Source: Clostridia bacterium (lineage in GTDB: Bacteria; Bacillota; Clostridia; Oscillospirales; CAG-272). From it: DNA of 58,645 nt. The translations under genes were made by a program, and so were the position numbers. The notes below the pieces were generated by a model, which was given only the letters and a program-made list of their open reading frames with translations, was not told where the DNA came from and ran no database searches. This document shows positions 18,601 through 27,185 of the stretch, piece by piece. Position 1 is the stretch's first letter. Each line of letters starts with the position of its first letter. The stretch lies in contig JAFTQV010000002.1 in the NCBI GenBank assembly GCA_017462605.1, forward strand, positions 1 to 58,645. The letters are read 5' to 3'.

Positions 18601-21319
18601 CGTTGGTATAGATAGTAATATTCTTCTTGATCTCAACGGGAGTAGCCACGTCTCTGTTAAGCGTAACTGCGCTTCCCTGAGCCTCTGCAGCCTCAATTGC
18701 CGCGGGAAGGCTATTGAAATCACGGCCTGCAACGCTTGCCACAGAGCCTACGTACTGAAGGACGGGAGCCTTGGTGATATAGCTTGCGTGAGCGGGAGTC
18801 GCATAGCTCTCGCCTTCCATATATTCATTATACGCGCGCATTGAAACGTTATCAAAACAAAGAGTCGAGCCGACCTTCTGATTTTCGCTCTTATTGATAG
18901 AAACTCTGAATCCGCGGAAGGTTGCCGCCTTCTTAAGATCTTTCGTATTGACCTTTGCTGTATCATAGAGCAAGCAGCATCCAACGTATTCACCGTTGAT
19001 ATAAACGTAGGTCACGCCGCCGTCAACGGTCTCGCCGTTCACATAAACGACGACCGAGAGTCTATTCCACTCTCCGAGAGGATTAAGAGCATTGGTGATC
19101 TTTGTGTTAATATCGTCATTACCCTTAGTGCCAACGAATTCGGTACCCGAGAAGCTATCGTAAAGCTTATTGGATACAACACCCGCAGCGTTTATTCCAA
19201 ACATTTCCTGAGAGCCACCGCCGGTCGATCCGCCGGTTCTCGTCTGAACGCCGATATTGAAGCCGGTAAAGCCCTTATCGGAATCAGTACCGAAGTCGAT
19301 CTCGGCAACCATTACCTTTCTCGTGGGACGCTTAGTGTCTCCGCTATCGAAGAGGTGGAGGTTGCTTGCGCTCTGCTCATGCTTCGAGCCAAGCACGAAG
19401 TACGGGTCTGCGTTTGAAGAGTTCTCCGCGTTAAAGTTTCTCGTCTCTGCATCGGGAGCATCGTCAAGAGGAGTTACGCAGTACTGCAAGTATCTGTTCT
19501 CACCGTCGGTGACAGAGAAGATAGTTCCTCTCTTACAGTTCCATTCCTGGTCGGTATTTACTCCGCCCGCATATGCGATAGCTCCCATTCCCTGATTCTC
19601 GGTCTTAAGGAGAACTCTGTCGCCGGTGTTGGGAGTTGTGGTCTCAAACTCGTAATGGTAAACCGTGTTTTCGGTAACTGTTATTATGCCGTTTGCATCG
19701 GGCTTTGATTCGGAAGAATTCGTCTTAGTATAATAGAATACTCTTGTAGGTATCCTTAAAGCTATATATTCTTCCTTTGTATATGCGCTTCCGTCGCTCT
19801 TTGCGGGATCGTGAGTAGTGCTGATGATATTTCCGTCCGCATCCTTTTTGATTATCTTCTTCTGAGTCGAAGTAGAGAAGGTGGGATGCAAGCACTCCAT
19901 ATTGTATTCAGCATAGAAGTCAGCCTGGGGAACGGCGTTCTCTATCGTAGTATCATTTGCAACTACTACCCAGGGATATGCCGCGTCGCCCGCAGGATCG
20001 TAAACGAGAGAGCAGTTTTCGGGAGTTACTATTCTCGCAACGGTGACCTTCCCACCGTCCTCTCCGTCAACCTCTTTTGTAAGAGCAATATTGTTATTGA
20101 ATCTTGTGCCGACAGCTGCGTTAAGCACACCCTCGGTTCCGAGAGAAGTACCGTTAAACTGGAATCTTACGCCGTTCATGGTATGTATAGGCATGTTTCT
20201 CGTCATCATATAGTTTGAGTCCGTACCGATATTACCAAAATTCTTAACGGTGGTGTTATCCAGAACCACGGAGCCGTTCAGGGCAATATTTTCAACGTCA
20301 TTACCGCCGAGGAAAACTCGAACCGCAGCTCCGATGGTAGAATTCTTAACGTAAACTCTACCTCTCATATAAGAGCCTTCGCCTGTCGCATCCCATACGT
20401 TTGAGGGAGCTTCAATTCCGGGCATAGCCTCAACAAAGTAAAGACGCGAACCGTCCTTGGTCATCGTACCCTCTGCATAGATCTCAGAATTCTCAACGTA
20501 AACTATTGTGTCTTCAGCTCTTTCGGCAGTTGCGCCAACAGTTCTGAAGGAGTTGAGAGCCGCGCGGATAAAGGAGTTCTTAACGGTTACGGTACCCTTA
20601 CCCTCAACGTTAAATACAGCCTTGGTGGAATTATTTAATCTATCGGGTCCGATAAGATTAACCGTATCGAAGAAAAAGTGCGCGCCCTCAAGAGAGTCGT
20701 ACCTCGTATAGAAAAGAGAGGACCAATCACACATATCGTTAACCGCGTCAACCGTGGAGATAATATTGACGTTCTTAAAGGAATAGCTTCCCTGAACAAC
20801 GTTGACTATCGCCGAGCAGCTGCCAGATGAAATCTTCGAGCTTGCAACGGTAGGAACGTTCATTCCTATCGCGCCCGTGTGCAGGATCTTAATACCGTTT
20901 GTTCCCGCATCGCCCGTTATATTAAATACAGGCTTATTGACTGTGGTAGCAGAATAAACGAGCGCTCCGGGAATCTCAATAACACCCGTTCCGACTACAT
21001 TTACCTCGCAACCAAGGTTAAGAGTGAAAAGGCTCGAATCTGCGGAAGAAAGGGTATATCCCCCGAGATCGATCGTCATATCCTTGGAAACGATGATTGC
21101 GCTTTCCGCAAGATAATCAGCCGTAAGTCTTACGGTTCTCGTCTCGCCTTCAGCAAGCTCCGCATCTTCTGCGGCATTTATCGCTTCTTCAAGAGTAGCG
21201 TACTGCTCGCCGTCGAATTCCGCGACGTTTTTGTTCTCAGCGCCGATCGCAAACGCAAGCGCGCCGCACAAAAGCGAGATCGCAAGAATTACTACGAAGA
21301 TCTTAGTAATTTTTTTCAT
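15647..21319 (-). CDS. Giant secreted protein 2 (1890 aa): beta-helix-like modules, LamG/ConA-like segment, shared C-terminal domain, acidic tail
   Basis: AAAGGAG RBS; signal peptide; caps of the form Y.TLEEAI..A...V.L..D...IDLGGYTL; GEWNRLSVVV...YVYINGEYVG; the C-terminus aligns by eye with the other two giants. Confidence 0.88.
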   Translation of the reverse strand: MKKITKIFVVILAISLLCGALAFAIGAENKNVAEFDGEQYATLEEAINAAEDAELAEGETRTVRLTADYLAESAIIVSKDMTIDLGGYTLSSADSSLFTLNLGCEVNVVGTGVIEIPGALVYSATTVNKPVFNITGDAGTNGIKILHTGAIGMNVPTVASSKISSGSCSAIVNVVQGSYSFKNVNIISTVDAVNDMCDWSSLFYTRYDSLEGAHFFFDTVNLIGPDRLNNSTKAVFNVEGKGTVTVKNSFIRAALNSFRTVGATAERAEDTIVYVENSEIYAEGTMTKDGSRLYFVEAMPGIEAPSNVWDATGEGSYMRGRVYVKNSTIGAAVRVFLGGNDVENIALNGSVVLDNTTVKNFGNIGTDSNYMMTRNMPIHTMNGVRFQFNGTSLGTEGVLNAAVGTRFNNNIALTKEVDGEDGGKVTVARIVTPENCSLVYDPAGDAAYPWVVVANDTTIENAVPQADFYAEYNMECLHPTFSTSTQKKIIKKDADGNIISTTHDPAKSDGSAYTKEEYIALRIPTRVFYYTKTNSSESKPDANGIITVTENTVYHYEFETTTPNTGDRVLLKTENQGMGAIAYAGGVNTDQEWNCKRGTIFSVTDGENRYLQYCVTPLDDAPDAETRNFNAENSSNADPYFVLGSKHEQSASNLHLFDSGDTKRPTRKVMVAEIDFGTDSDKGFTGFNIGVQTRTGGSTGGGSQEMFGINAAGVVSNKLYDSFSGTEFVGTKGNDDINTKITNALNPLGEWNRLSVVVYVNGETVDGGVTYVYINGEYVGCCLLYDTAKVNTKDLKKAATFRGFRVSINKSENQKVGSTLCFDNVSMRAYNEYMEGESYATPAHASYITKAPVLQYVGSVASVAGRDFNSLPAAIEAAEAQGSAVTLNRDVATPVEIKKNITIYTNGYSLALTEGSWRGNPNYLNGEIVSYTFKESNNQTLDYYWYVNDDLTMLNNLMDPTNTEVTNLTFPWNDPAYVVKTQVKIGETPVAPKEFTSIYTEKEYGVIERQTGWFDTNNGTVTEGMEISPLTLDYYNAYKVVGAFYAPALGVDDSLTSYVRNNGAIESVQASNTESYTAYTQLNSGDTLVLLKDLNLNGTKTFNFTYMVSESGGVKTVNGVTIDGDYTDEEIAKMKEKAVKIAVDLNGNSILNLKSGYNIAVIKSNVDISFYSSKPGATIEGYNYNTSENKIRAQRLFCAFGDAETVEGRKSAYNAYLSIGKFVKDDGTVVPGSNLTLSGSVLLEGRSGDNSVFMTMDGVLGIKSVEESKGAILTRCFDGTITIKNSTIICPRTTSEKDSQIINMLSYYTSGNKPSDMNDPLSGRNSGFENYTFSPLVYVENSTLINQGAHSSGAKGGIVGNNGDGTGVCLVFNNVVTNGRVNPSNIGNYRVRVFGGVIGDIFACNSDTYYIDSDDAALCEQLGVDLPTSDIVTAKKNQAMTIPSEFLTTEDYIEVKVPTGKDSAGNFTYQSYFYANAGYTGEGFALNDSSNRATNKKVILPYLESGTAYQSDIVTVTFKGLGTNADKTVNYIKGGNVDAADLPTPKAYDGNLFTLTPDGTWGALPTNVQENVTITPGYTVSSKITGVKTNVVLSDNIGVGIYIPSNYSTNITVFDGETQLPTETVTVGSESYVKATIYRVANQLEKNVVFTLKVNDGNEEIILTESFSIAAYAKTILDDTANTYTAKDKKLVYAVVDYVNEAVKYVKGAANLALSAIVSDDAYAAYKDANVYDYENALDRVSFGAAVVGASVRITADPKFVFVLADDFVGTVKATAGASEETFTVTAESPRFIEVGLLSANSFETNVTLEITVEGAEPVIGEYNLDTFVKYHADNAANREESAKSLGVIEAFYRYVKSASAYVTPDVAPEPDTEAGEGTDTETGEETPNP

Positions 21320-21471
21320 ACTTTTGCTCCTTTGTATGTAATGAAATCATTATAATACTTTAATTAAAAAATTTCGGTACAAAATTATTATATCATTTTC
21401 TTTATTTTAAATCAATTGACCGAAAAATAGATTTTTTAAAGACTTTTTTGTTCATATCATACAATTTTTAA

Positions 21472-21500
21472 TTGACACACGTTATTTTATGTGCTAAAAT
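21472..21500 (+). promoter_or_regulatory. SigA-type promoter for the helicase
   Basis: TTGACA-17bp-TAAAAT with TG. Confidence 0.6.
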
Positions 21501-21530
21501 CAAAGCATAAGCAAGAGAAAGGAGAGCCGT

Positions 21531-23873
21531 ATGCGTTACGAAGCAGCTAAAAATCTAATACACGTTCATGCAGAAGAGCTTGCAAAGATAGCAAAGCGCG
21601 GTATCTCCTCGTATCAGCAATACGATGATGACGGCTCCGCCGCCCGCCGCAAGGATGGATGCATACTTCTTTCGCGGAAGGTCGAGCTTGGTGAATTGCA
21701 TTTTCTTATTGAAGGCAGCTTTGACAGCGGAGAAAGAGTACCGAGGCTTTCGCTTTTCTCCGAGGAGATGACCCGATCCAAGAAGACTCACGCGCAAAAG
21801 CTTCTTCAAGCAGAAGCCTTCATTCTTGCCGCCATTCTTGCAAAACGGGACGGTCTGTGCGAGGTGGAGTTTGAGACCGAGCTTAAGGAGGGTGAAAGAG
21901 AGCCCGTCTTATCCTCTTATAAAATAAATGCGGAAAAGCTCGAGAGTTTTTTCTCAAGATGTATAGCCTCTCTCGCGCTTTACGGCAGAATAGAAATAGA
22001 GAGAGTCACTAAGAGGCTGCCCTCAATGAAGGCGGCAAAATTCCCTTACGGATCGCCAAGAGAAGGGCAGAGCGATTTCATTCATACGGCATACAGAGCC
22101 ATGGCGTCATCTCTTCGCCTTTACGCCGAGGCGCCAACGGGTACGGGCAAAACCGTCTCAGCATTATTTCCTGCGATCAGAGCTATCGGCAAAGAAAAAA
22201 TCAGCAAGGCATTTTATCTTACTCCGAAGGCTACAACTGCAATTGCGGCTAAAGAATGCTTAGAATTGTTTACAAAAATTGGTGTTTTTGTTCGTTCTGT
22301 GATAGTGACTGCTAAAGACAAGGTATGTATTCACTCTCACGTTTGCAGAGAATCAAAGCAGAGCTGCCCGACCTTTAAGGATAATAAATTATCCGCGGCA
22401 ACTCTCGCTCTTTGTGATCTTTCATTGCCGTGCGCTTCACCCGAAGACGTAAGAAAGACAGCTCTCGAATACGGCGTCTGCCCTTACGAGCTTTCGCTAT
22501 GCTACGCCGAGCTTTGCGATATCATTATATGTGATTTCAACTATCTTTTTGACCCCGACGTTTACTTCAGAAGATTTTTTGATAAGCGAGGAGACTACGT
22601 CTTTCTCGTTGACGAGGCGCACAACCTTCCCGAAAGGGCGCGAGAGATGTATTCGGCGAAGCTCTCGTTAAGTGAGCTTAGGGCGCCCGATATCTTAGGC
22701 GAAAGCTCGGATCTGTCTTTTGCGGCGAGCGATGCAATAAAGATAATAAAAAAGGCGCTTATGCCTCTTATACGCGATGAGATAAGAACCGATAAGGACG
22801 GCTCCCGCCACGCCGCTTATCACACAAAAAGTCTGCCCGCGGAGTTCTTTTCGGTATTTTCTTCATTATATGAGGCTGCGGACGGTGAGCTTTTCGCATC
22901 CTACCGCATAAGAGATGAGTATTCTGCGATGAGGACGCGCGCGCTTCGCGACTATTGCTTCAAGCTCGGCAAATTCAAAAGAGCGATAGAGCGATTTGAC
23001 GATGCCTACGAGCTATTCGTATTTCTTGATAATGATGAGATCGGTCTTGAGATATTCTGCCTTGACACAGGCTCCGTCATCGATTCAAGGCTTGATCTCG
23101 GCAGCTCCGCCGTGCTGTTTTCGGGCACGCTCAGCCCCCTCAACTACTATAAATCGGTATTAGGGGCAGACAGAACTGCTCTTACTCTTGAGGTCGACTC
23201 TCCCTTTGACACGGGTCAGCTTTCCGTTAATATCATTAATACGGTGACAACGAGGATTTCCGAAAGAGAAAAGTCTCTCGGAGCTATCATTTCCGTCATC
23301 GGCGCGACTCTCAGCGCAAAGCGCGGAAATTATATGATATTCTCGCCGTCCTTCGCGTATTCAAAAACTCTTTTTGAAGCCTTCAGAAAGAAATATCCTA
23401 AAATTCACGCTATATATCAATCGTCCGATATGAGCAAGGCAGAAAAGGATGAATTTTTAGCGAGCTTCTCAAAGAGTGACGGCAAGTATCTTGTTGCCTT
23501 CTGCGTTATGGGCGGTATTTTCTCCGAGGGAATTGACCTCGTTGGAGATAAGCTGATCGGCTCGGTCATCGTTGGTATAGGCATGCCCGCGCTTTCCTTT
23601 GAGAGAGAGGCGATCGCGGCTTATTACGCGGATAAGCTCGATTCGGGCGTTGAATACGCCTATCTGTATCCGGGAATGAACCGCGTTCTTCAAGCGGCAG
23701 GCAGAGTTATCAGAACCGAGGAAGACAGGGGCGTAATAGTTCTTATAGACGATAGATTCAATGATCCGCTTTATAAAAAGATAATACCGAGCCTTTGGTC
23801 TGAAATGAGATTTTTGCCAAATGCCGTTGCTCTGAAGGAAGTACTCGATAAATTCTGGAAAAGCAATAAATAA
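21531..23873 (+). CDS. DinG/XPD (Rad3)-family ATP-dependent DNA helicase with Fe-S cluster
   Basis: Q motif REGQ; APTGTGKT; four Cys (C..C..C..CPY); DEAH; FSGTL; SEGIDL; QAAGRVIR.EEDRG. Confidence 0.92.
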   Translation: MRYEAAKNLIHVHAEELAKIAKRGISSYQQYDDDGSAARRKDGCILLSRKVELGELHFLIEGSFDSGERVPRLSLFSEEMTRSKKTHAQKLLQAEAFILAAILAKRDGLCEVEFETELKEGEREPVLSSYKINAEKLESFFSRCIASLALYGRIEIERVTKRLPSMKAAKFPYGSPREGQSDFIHTAYRAMASSLRLYAEAPTGTGKTVSALFPAIRAIGKEKISKAFYLTPKATTAIAAKECLELFTKIGVFVRSVIVTAKDKVCIHSHVCRESKQSCPTFKDNKLSAATLALCDLSLPCASPEDVRKTALEYGVCPYELSLCYAELCDIIICDFNYLFDPDVYFRRFFDKRGDYVFLVDEAHNLPERAREMYSAKLSLSELRAPDILGESSDLSFAASDAIKIIKKALMPLIRDEIRTDKDGSRHAAYHTKSLPAEFFSVFSSLYEAADGELFASYRIRDEYSAMRTRALRDYCFKLGKFKRAIERFDDAYELFVFLDNDEIGLEIFCLDTGSVIDSRLDLGSSAVLFSGTLSPLNYYKSVLGADRTALTLEVDSPFDTGQLSVNIINTVTTRISEREKSLGAIISVIGATLSAKRGNYMIFSPSFAYSKTLFEAFRKKYPKIHAIYQSSDMSKAEKDEFLASFSKSDGKYLVAFCVMGGIFSEGIDLVGDKLIGSVIVGIGMPALSFEREAIAAYYADKLDSGVEYAYLYPGMNRVLQAAGRVIRTEEDRGVIVLIDDRFNDPLYKKIIPSLWSEMRFLPNAVALKEVLDKFWKSNK

Positions 23874-23892
23874 ACAAAGTTATAAATAAGTA

Positions 23893-23938
23893 AAAACCCG
23901 AAATATTGACTACAATTATTAGCAATATATCGGGTTTT
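23893..23938. terminator. Bidirectional terminator
   Basis: aaaacccgaaatattg / caatatatcgggtttt between convergent genes. Confidence 0.7.
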
Positions 23939-23984
23939 ATGTATTTAATTAAGTTATGGAGATTAATTTATCCTGCGCTGATCT

Positions 23985-24317
23985 TTATTTCTTTTTCTTT
24001 GTGGTAGCGGGAGCCTTCATCATATTTCTGTCTTCGATCTTATCAGTCACCATCGCGGTCTTACTCTGATCAAGCTTGCTTCTGATTATTCCGTCAAGGC
24101 TTGAAGAAACGCCGATCCTTGAGCCCTGATCGAGCTTAGTTCCGCTTATAGCAAGTCTGCGCGCTCTTCCTGCGGCTGCCTTAGGAACCTTCTGCATATG
24201 CTTACAATGCTCGCATTCAGCCATAGTTGCGTCAGCAAAGGCGAGAAACTCCTTGCTACAATATACACACATTACCTTCGTCATTTTAGCTTTACTCCTA
24301 TTATCATTCATATTCAT
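23985..24317 (-). CDS. Small zinc-ribbon protein
   Basis: CVYC...CEHC; the start overlaps the upstream stop codon (ATGA). Confidence 0.7.
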   Translation of the reverse strand: MNMNDNRSKAKMTKVMCVYCSKEFLAFADATMAECEHCKHMQKVPKAAAGRARRLAISGTKLDQGSRIGVSSSLDGIIRSKLDQSKTAMVTDKIEDRNMMKAPATTKKKK

Positions 24318-25018
24318 TCTTTCAGATCATTAAGATGTTGGTCATGCGAATACTCGCCGGGTATAAGCTTATCCTTATCAAGATAAACGACCGAAACAGA
24401 TGCGTTTTCGGGATAAAAATAAGCGCTTGCAAGCTCCTCGGGAGCGGTGTTTGTGATCTTACCCCAAAATGCTCTTATAACTGCAGCATGAGCGGCAATA
24501 AGCACCGTCTTACCTTTGTTTTCAAGAGCAATTTTTAAAACCTCGCTATAAAATCTTTCTCTTGCATGAGGAACGCTTTCGCCATCGGGTAAAACCGCAA
24601 GTCCGAAATTACCTCGCCATTCATTTATAAACTTATCGCTCTCGGTAGCAAGAATATCATCAACGCACATACCTTCCCATCTTCCTGCATACGTTTCGCG
24701 AAGCTCCTTACTCGTCTTAACCTCAAGACCCCTGATTTTTGCATTTGGAAGAGCAGTATTATATGCCCTCAGAAGATCGGAGGAATATACCTCATCTATG
24801 TTCTCTGATGCAAGATACTCCGCCGTCCTGTAAGCCTGCCTATACCCGAGAGGAGAGAGATCAAGATCAGTCGTCCCCAAAAAACGCCTTGTTGCGTTAC
24901 CGATACTTTGACCGTGCCTGACAATAAGTATCTTGGTATCATACCTTGTATCAAAGCAAAGCTTACTCATATCGGGTTCAGAGATAACCTTTTCTTTAAA
25001 ATCTTTAAAATTGCCCAT
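24314..25018 (-). CDS. Histidine phosphatase (phosphoglycerate mutase-like) family protein
   Basis: IVRHGQS, SSDLLRA, LRE..G.WEG, AH motifs. Confidence 0.9.
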   Translation of the reverse strand: MGNFKDFKEKVISEPDMSKLCFDTRYDTKILIVRHGQSIGNATRRFLGTTDLDLSPLGYRQAYRTAEYLASENIDEVYSSDLLRAYNTALPNAKIRGLEVKTSKELRETYAGRWEGMCVDDILATESDKFINEWRGNFGLAVLPDGESVPHARERFYSEVLKIALENKGKTVLIAAHAAVIRAFWGKITNTAPEELASAYFYPENASVSVVYLDKDKLIPGEYSHDQHLNDLKE

Positions 25019-25271
25019 TTATTTTTCCCTTAATTTTAAAACCATCTAAGTAGTGTTAAAATGTTTTTCATATTTTCGTACAGTTTCGTATTTTTTTGAT
25101 TAATTAAACGAGACAGATAAAGTTAAGAAGCAAAAAACGCTGCCACACTTTTTTCATCAAAATAAAATATCTACCACCAGGGAACCTCAAGTTGGAGAAT
25201 TGAAGAACATCGCGGAAAAATCGGAGGTAAATATAACGATAAAGTACGAAAACGAATTCTCTATATACTAT

Positions 25272-25300
25272 ATATTACCACTTTTTGTTGCTTTTGTCAA
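25272..25300 (-). promoter_or_regulatory. SigA-type promoter about 250 nt upstream of the phosphatase
   Basis: Minus strand TTGACA-17bp-TAATAT with TG. Confidence 0.5.
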
Positions 25301-25724
25301 CAAAATTTGCAATATATTGTATAATAGATGAATAATATTATTAAAAAATAGATATAAATCAAGAGATTTAATGATCAAATGGTGTTTTTCGGATGTTATC
25401 AGAGAGTTAAAACAGATCCCGCATTCGCAAATAAAATTATTTAAGAGAATTACAAAACAAATTTTCATCTGAGGTGTTATTATTATTTAATTAATTTACA
25501 TTTTATTCCATCTTATCTCAATTTATTATTCTTTTTTCTCCAGAAAATTACACCTTGTTTTATCGTATTATTTACGAATTTTTAAGAAAAAATCGAAAAA
25601 ATTAAATAAAAAATCAGTAAAAAAAACACGGAGCAATACAATAATACCATAAATTTCCATTATTTTCTTGATTTATTACCATATTTTTACATTTTTTAGA
25701 CTTTAGATTTTGTATTAGTCTCAT

Positions 25725-25798
25725 ATCATTTTAACTTAAATTGCATTATTTAAACTTAAATTTTATCATTTAAACTTAGATTTTATTATTAAAATTTC
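25725..25798. repeat. About 3.5 copies of a 20-bp AT-rich tandem repeat
   Basis: atcattttaacttaaattgc / attatttaaacttaaatttt / atcatttaaacttagatttt / attattaaaatttc. Confidence 0.7.
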
Positions 25799-25814
25799 TG
25801 TTTCACGTGAAACA
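25799..25814. promoter_or_regulatory. parS: parS site
   Basis: Perfect palindrome TGTTTCACGTGAAACA. Confidence 0.92.
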
Positions 25815-25875
25815 TAAAGTATTTTTATTGATGATGACAAATTTTAATGAAAATTGTAAAAAATAAGACTTATTA

Positions 25876-25905
25876 TTGACATTTTACCTTATAAAATGAT
25901 ATAAT
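25876..25905 (+). promoter_or_regulatory. SigA-type promoter for parA
   Basis: TTGACA-18bp-TATAAT with TG. Confidence 0.65.
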
Positions 25906-25936
25906 TAGTATATATTAAAATATTTTTGAGGAAATC

Positions 25937-26710
25937 ATGGGTAAAATTGTATCATTTTCAAATCAAAAAGGTGGTGTGGGAAAGACTACATCATGCGTTA
26001 ATATCGCTGCTCAGATAGCAAATAAGGGCAAAAAAGTTCTTATGATTGACATGGACCCGCAGGGTAATGCGACAAGCGGTATAGGTTTATCTAAATCTAA
26101 GATTAAAAAGACTATTTATGAAGTTATAATTGGAAAATGCGACGTTAAAGATGCCGTTATCAAGACAAAATTTAAGAATTTATCCGTTATTCCGGCAACA
26201 ATTGATCTCGCGGGTGCGGAAATTGAGCTTCATGACCTCCAAGAAGCCGGTGAAATTGAGATCGACTTCATTAAGGAAGCGATAAAATCAATTTCTAGTG
26301 AATTTGACTACGTTTTTATCGACTGTCCTCCTTCTTTAGGTATGCTTACCGTTAAAGCTTTATCGGTTTCCGACGGTGTTGTAATCCCCATGCAATGCGA
26401 ATTTTATTCGCTCGAGGGTATGTCTCAGCTATTTAATACAATAAAAATCATACATCAGAGATTTAATCCCGAACTTAGAATAGTGGGAATTTTACTTACA
26501 ATGTACAACGGTAGGCTCACTTTAACTAATCAAGTAGTCTCAGAACTTAAAAAATATTATGCGGACAAGCTTTTCAAGGTTCCGATTTCAAGAACCGTAC
26601 GCATTTCCGAGGCTCCAGGCTATGGTGAACCTATTTGCTATCATGATCCTTATGGAAAAGGCTCTCTTGAATATGCTGCAGTAGCAAAAGAACTGATGAT
26701 GAGGATATAA
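25937..26710 (+). CDS. parA: Chromosome partitioning ATPase ParA/Soj
   Basis: NQKGGVGKTT, DMDPQGNATSG, IDCPPSLG, QCEFYSLEG. Confidence 0.96.
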   Translation: MGKIVSFSNQKGGVGKTTSCVNIAAQIANKGKKVLMIDMDPQGNATSGIGLSKSKIKKTIYEVIIGKCDVKDAVIKTKFKNLSVIPATIDLAGAEIELHDLQEAGEIEIDFIKEAIKSISSEFDYVFIDCPPSLGMLTVKALSVSDGVVIPMQCEFYSLEGMSQLFNTIKIIHQRFNPELRIVGILLTMYNGRLTLTNQVVSELKKYYADKLFKVPISRTVRISEAPGYGEPICYHDPYGKGSLEYAAVAKELMMRI

Positions 26711-26717
26711 CCTTAAC

Positions 26718-26733
26718 TGTTTCACGTGAAACA
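26718..26733. promoter_or_regulatory. parS: parS site
   Basis: TGTTTCACGTGAAACA. Confidence 0.92.
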
Positions 26734-26805
26734 AGCAAAGAAATCTCGCTTAAAAATTAAATCATTTCGCTTTTTGATTTCTTATTTAAAGAACAGAATG
26801 CACAT

Positions 26806-26821
26806 TGTTTCACGTGAAACA
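26806..26821. promoter_or_regulatory. parS: parS site
   Basis: TGTTTCACGTGAAACA. Confidence 0.92.
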
Positions 26822-26971
26822 GTTTATAAGTATCTTGCATTTATTTATCATACTACTTTAGTTTAAGTTTAATTTTCATTTGTTTTTTATTAATTTGATT
26901 TATACTAATTTTTATTTACATTATTTTTAGTTTGCTTTTTGATTTTTAATTATTCTATCAAAAGCGGAGAA

Positions 26972-26987
26972 TGTTTCACGTGAAACT
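26972..26987. promoter_or_regulatory. parS: parS site (1 mismatch)
   Basis: TGTTTCACGTGAAACT. Confidence 0.85.
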
Positions 26988-27185
26988 TTTCAAAAAAAGC
27001 AAATTTATTTGCATCTTTTATGAATTACTAAATTTTTAAAAAAGTCAAGTCATTTTTTATAAAGCAGTCGATATTATAATTTAACTTTATAATTTGGGTA
27101 AAATCTTATCACAATACGTCAATTTATGTTTTTAATTGAAGTATTGTGTTACTACATCATTATTATATAGAATAAGGAGAAAAGA

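Noticed and set aside
25725-26987. CRISPR array or plasmid replicon
   Set aside because: The repeats are contiguous or are parS palindromes with irregular spacing; no cas or rep gene; ParA and ParB are chromosomal type.
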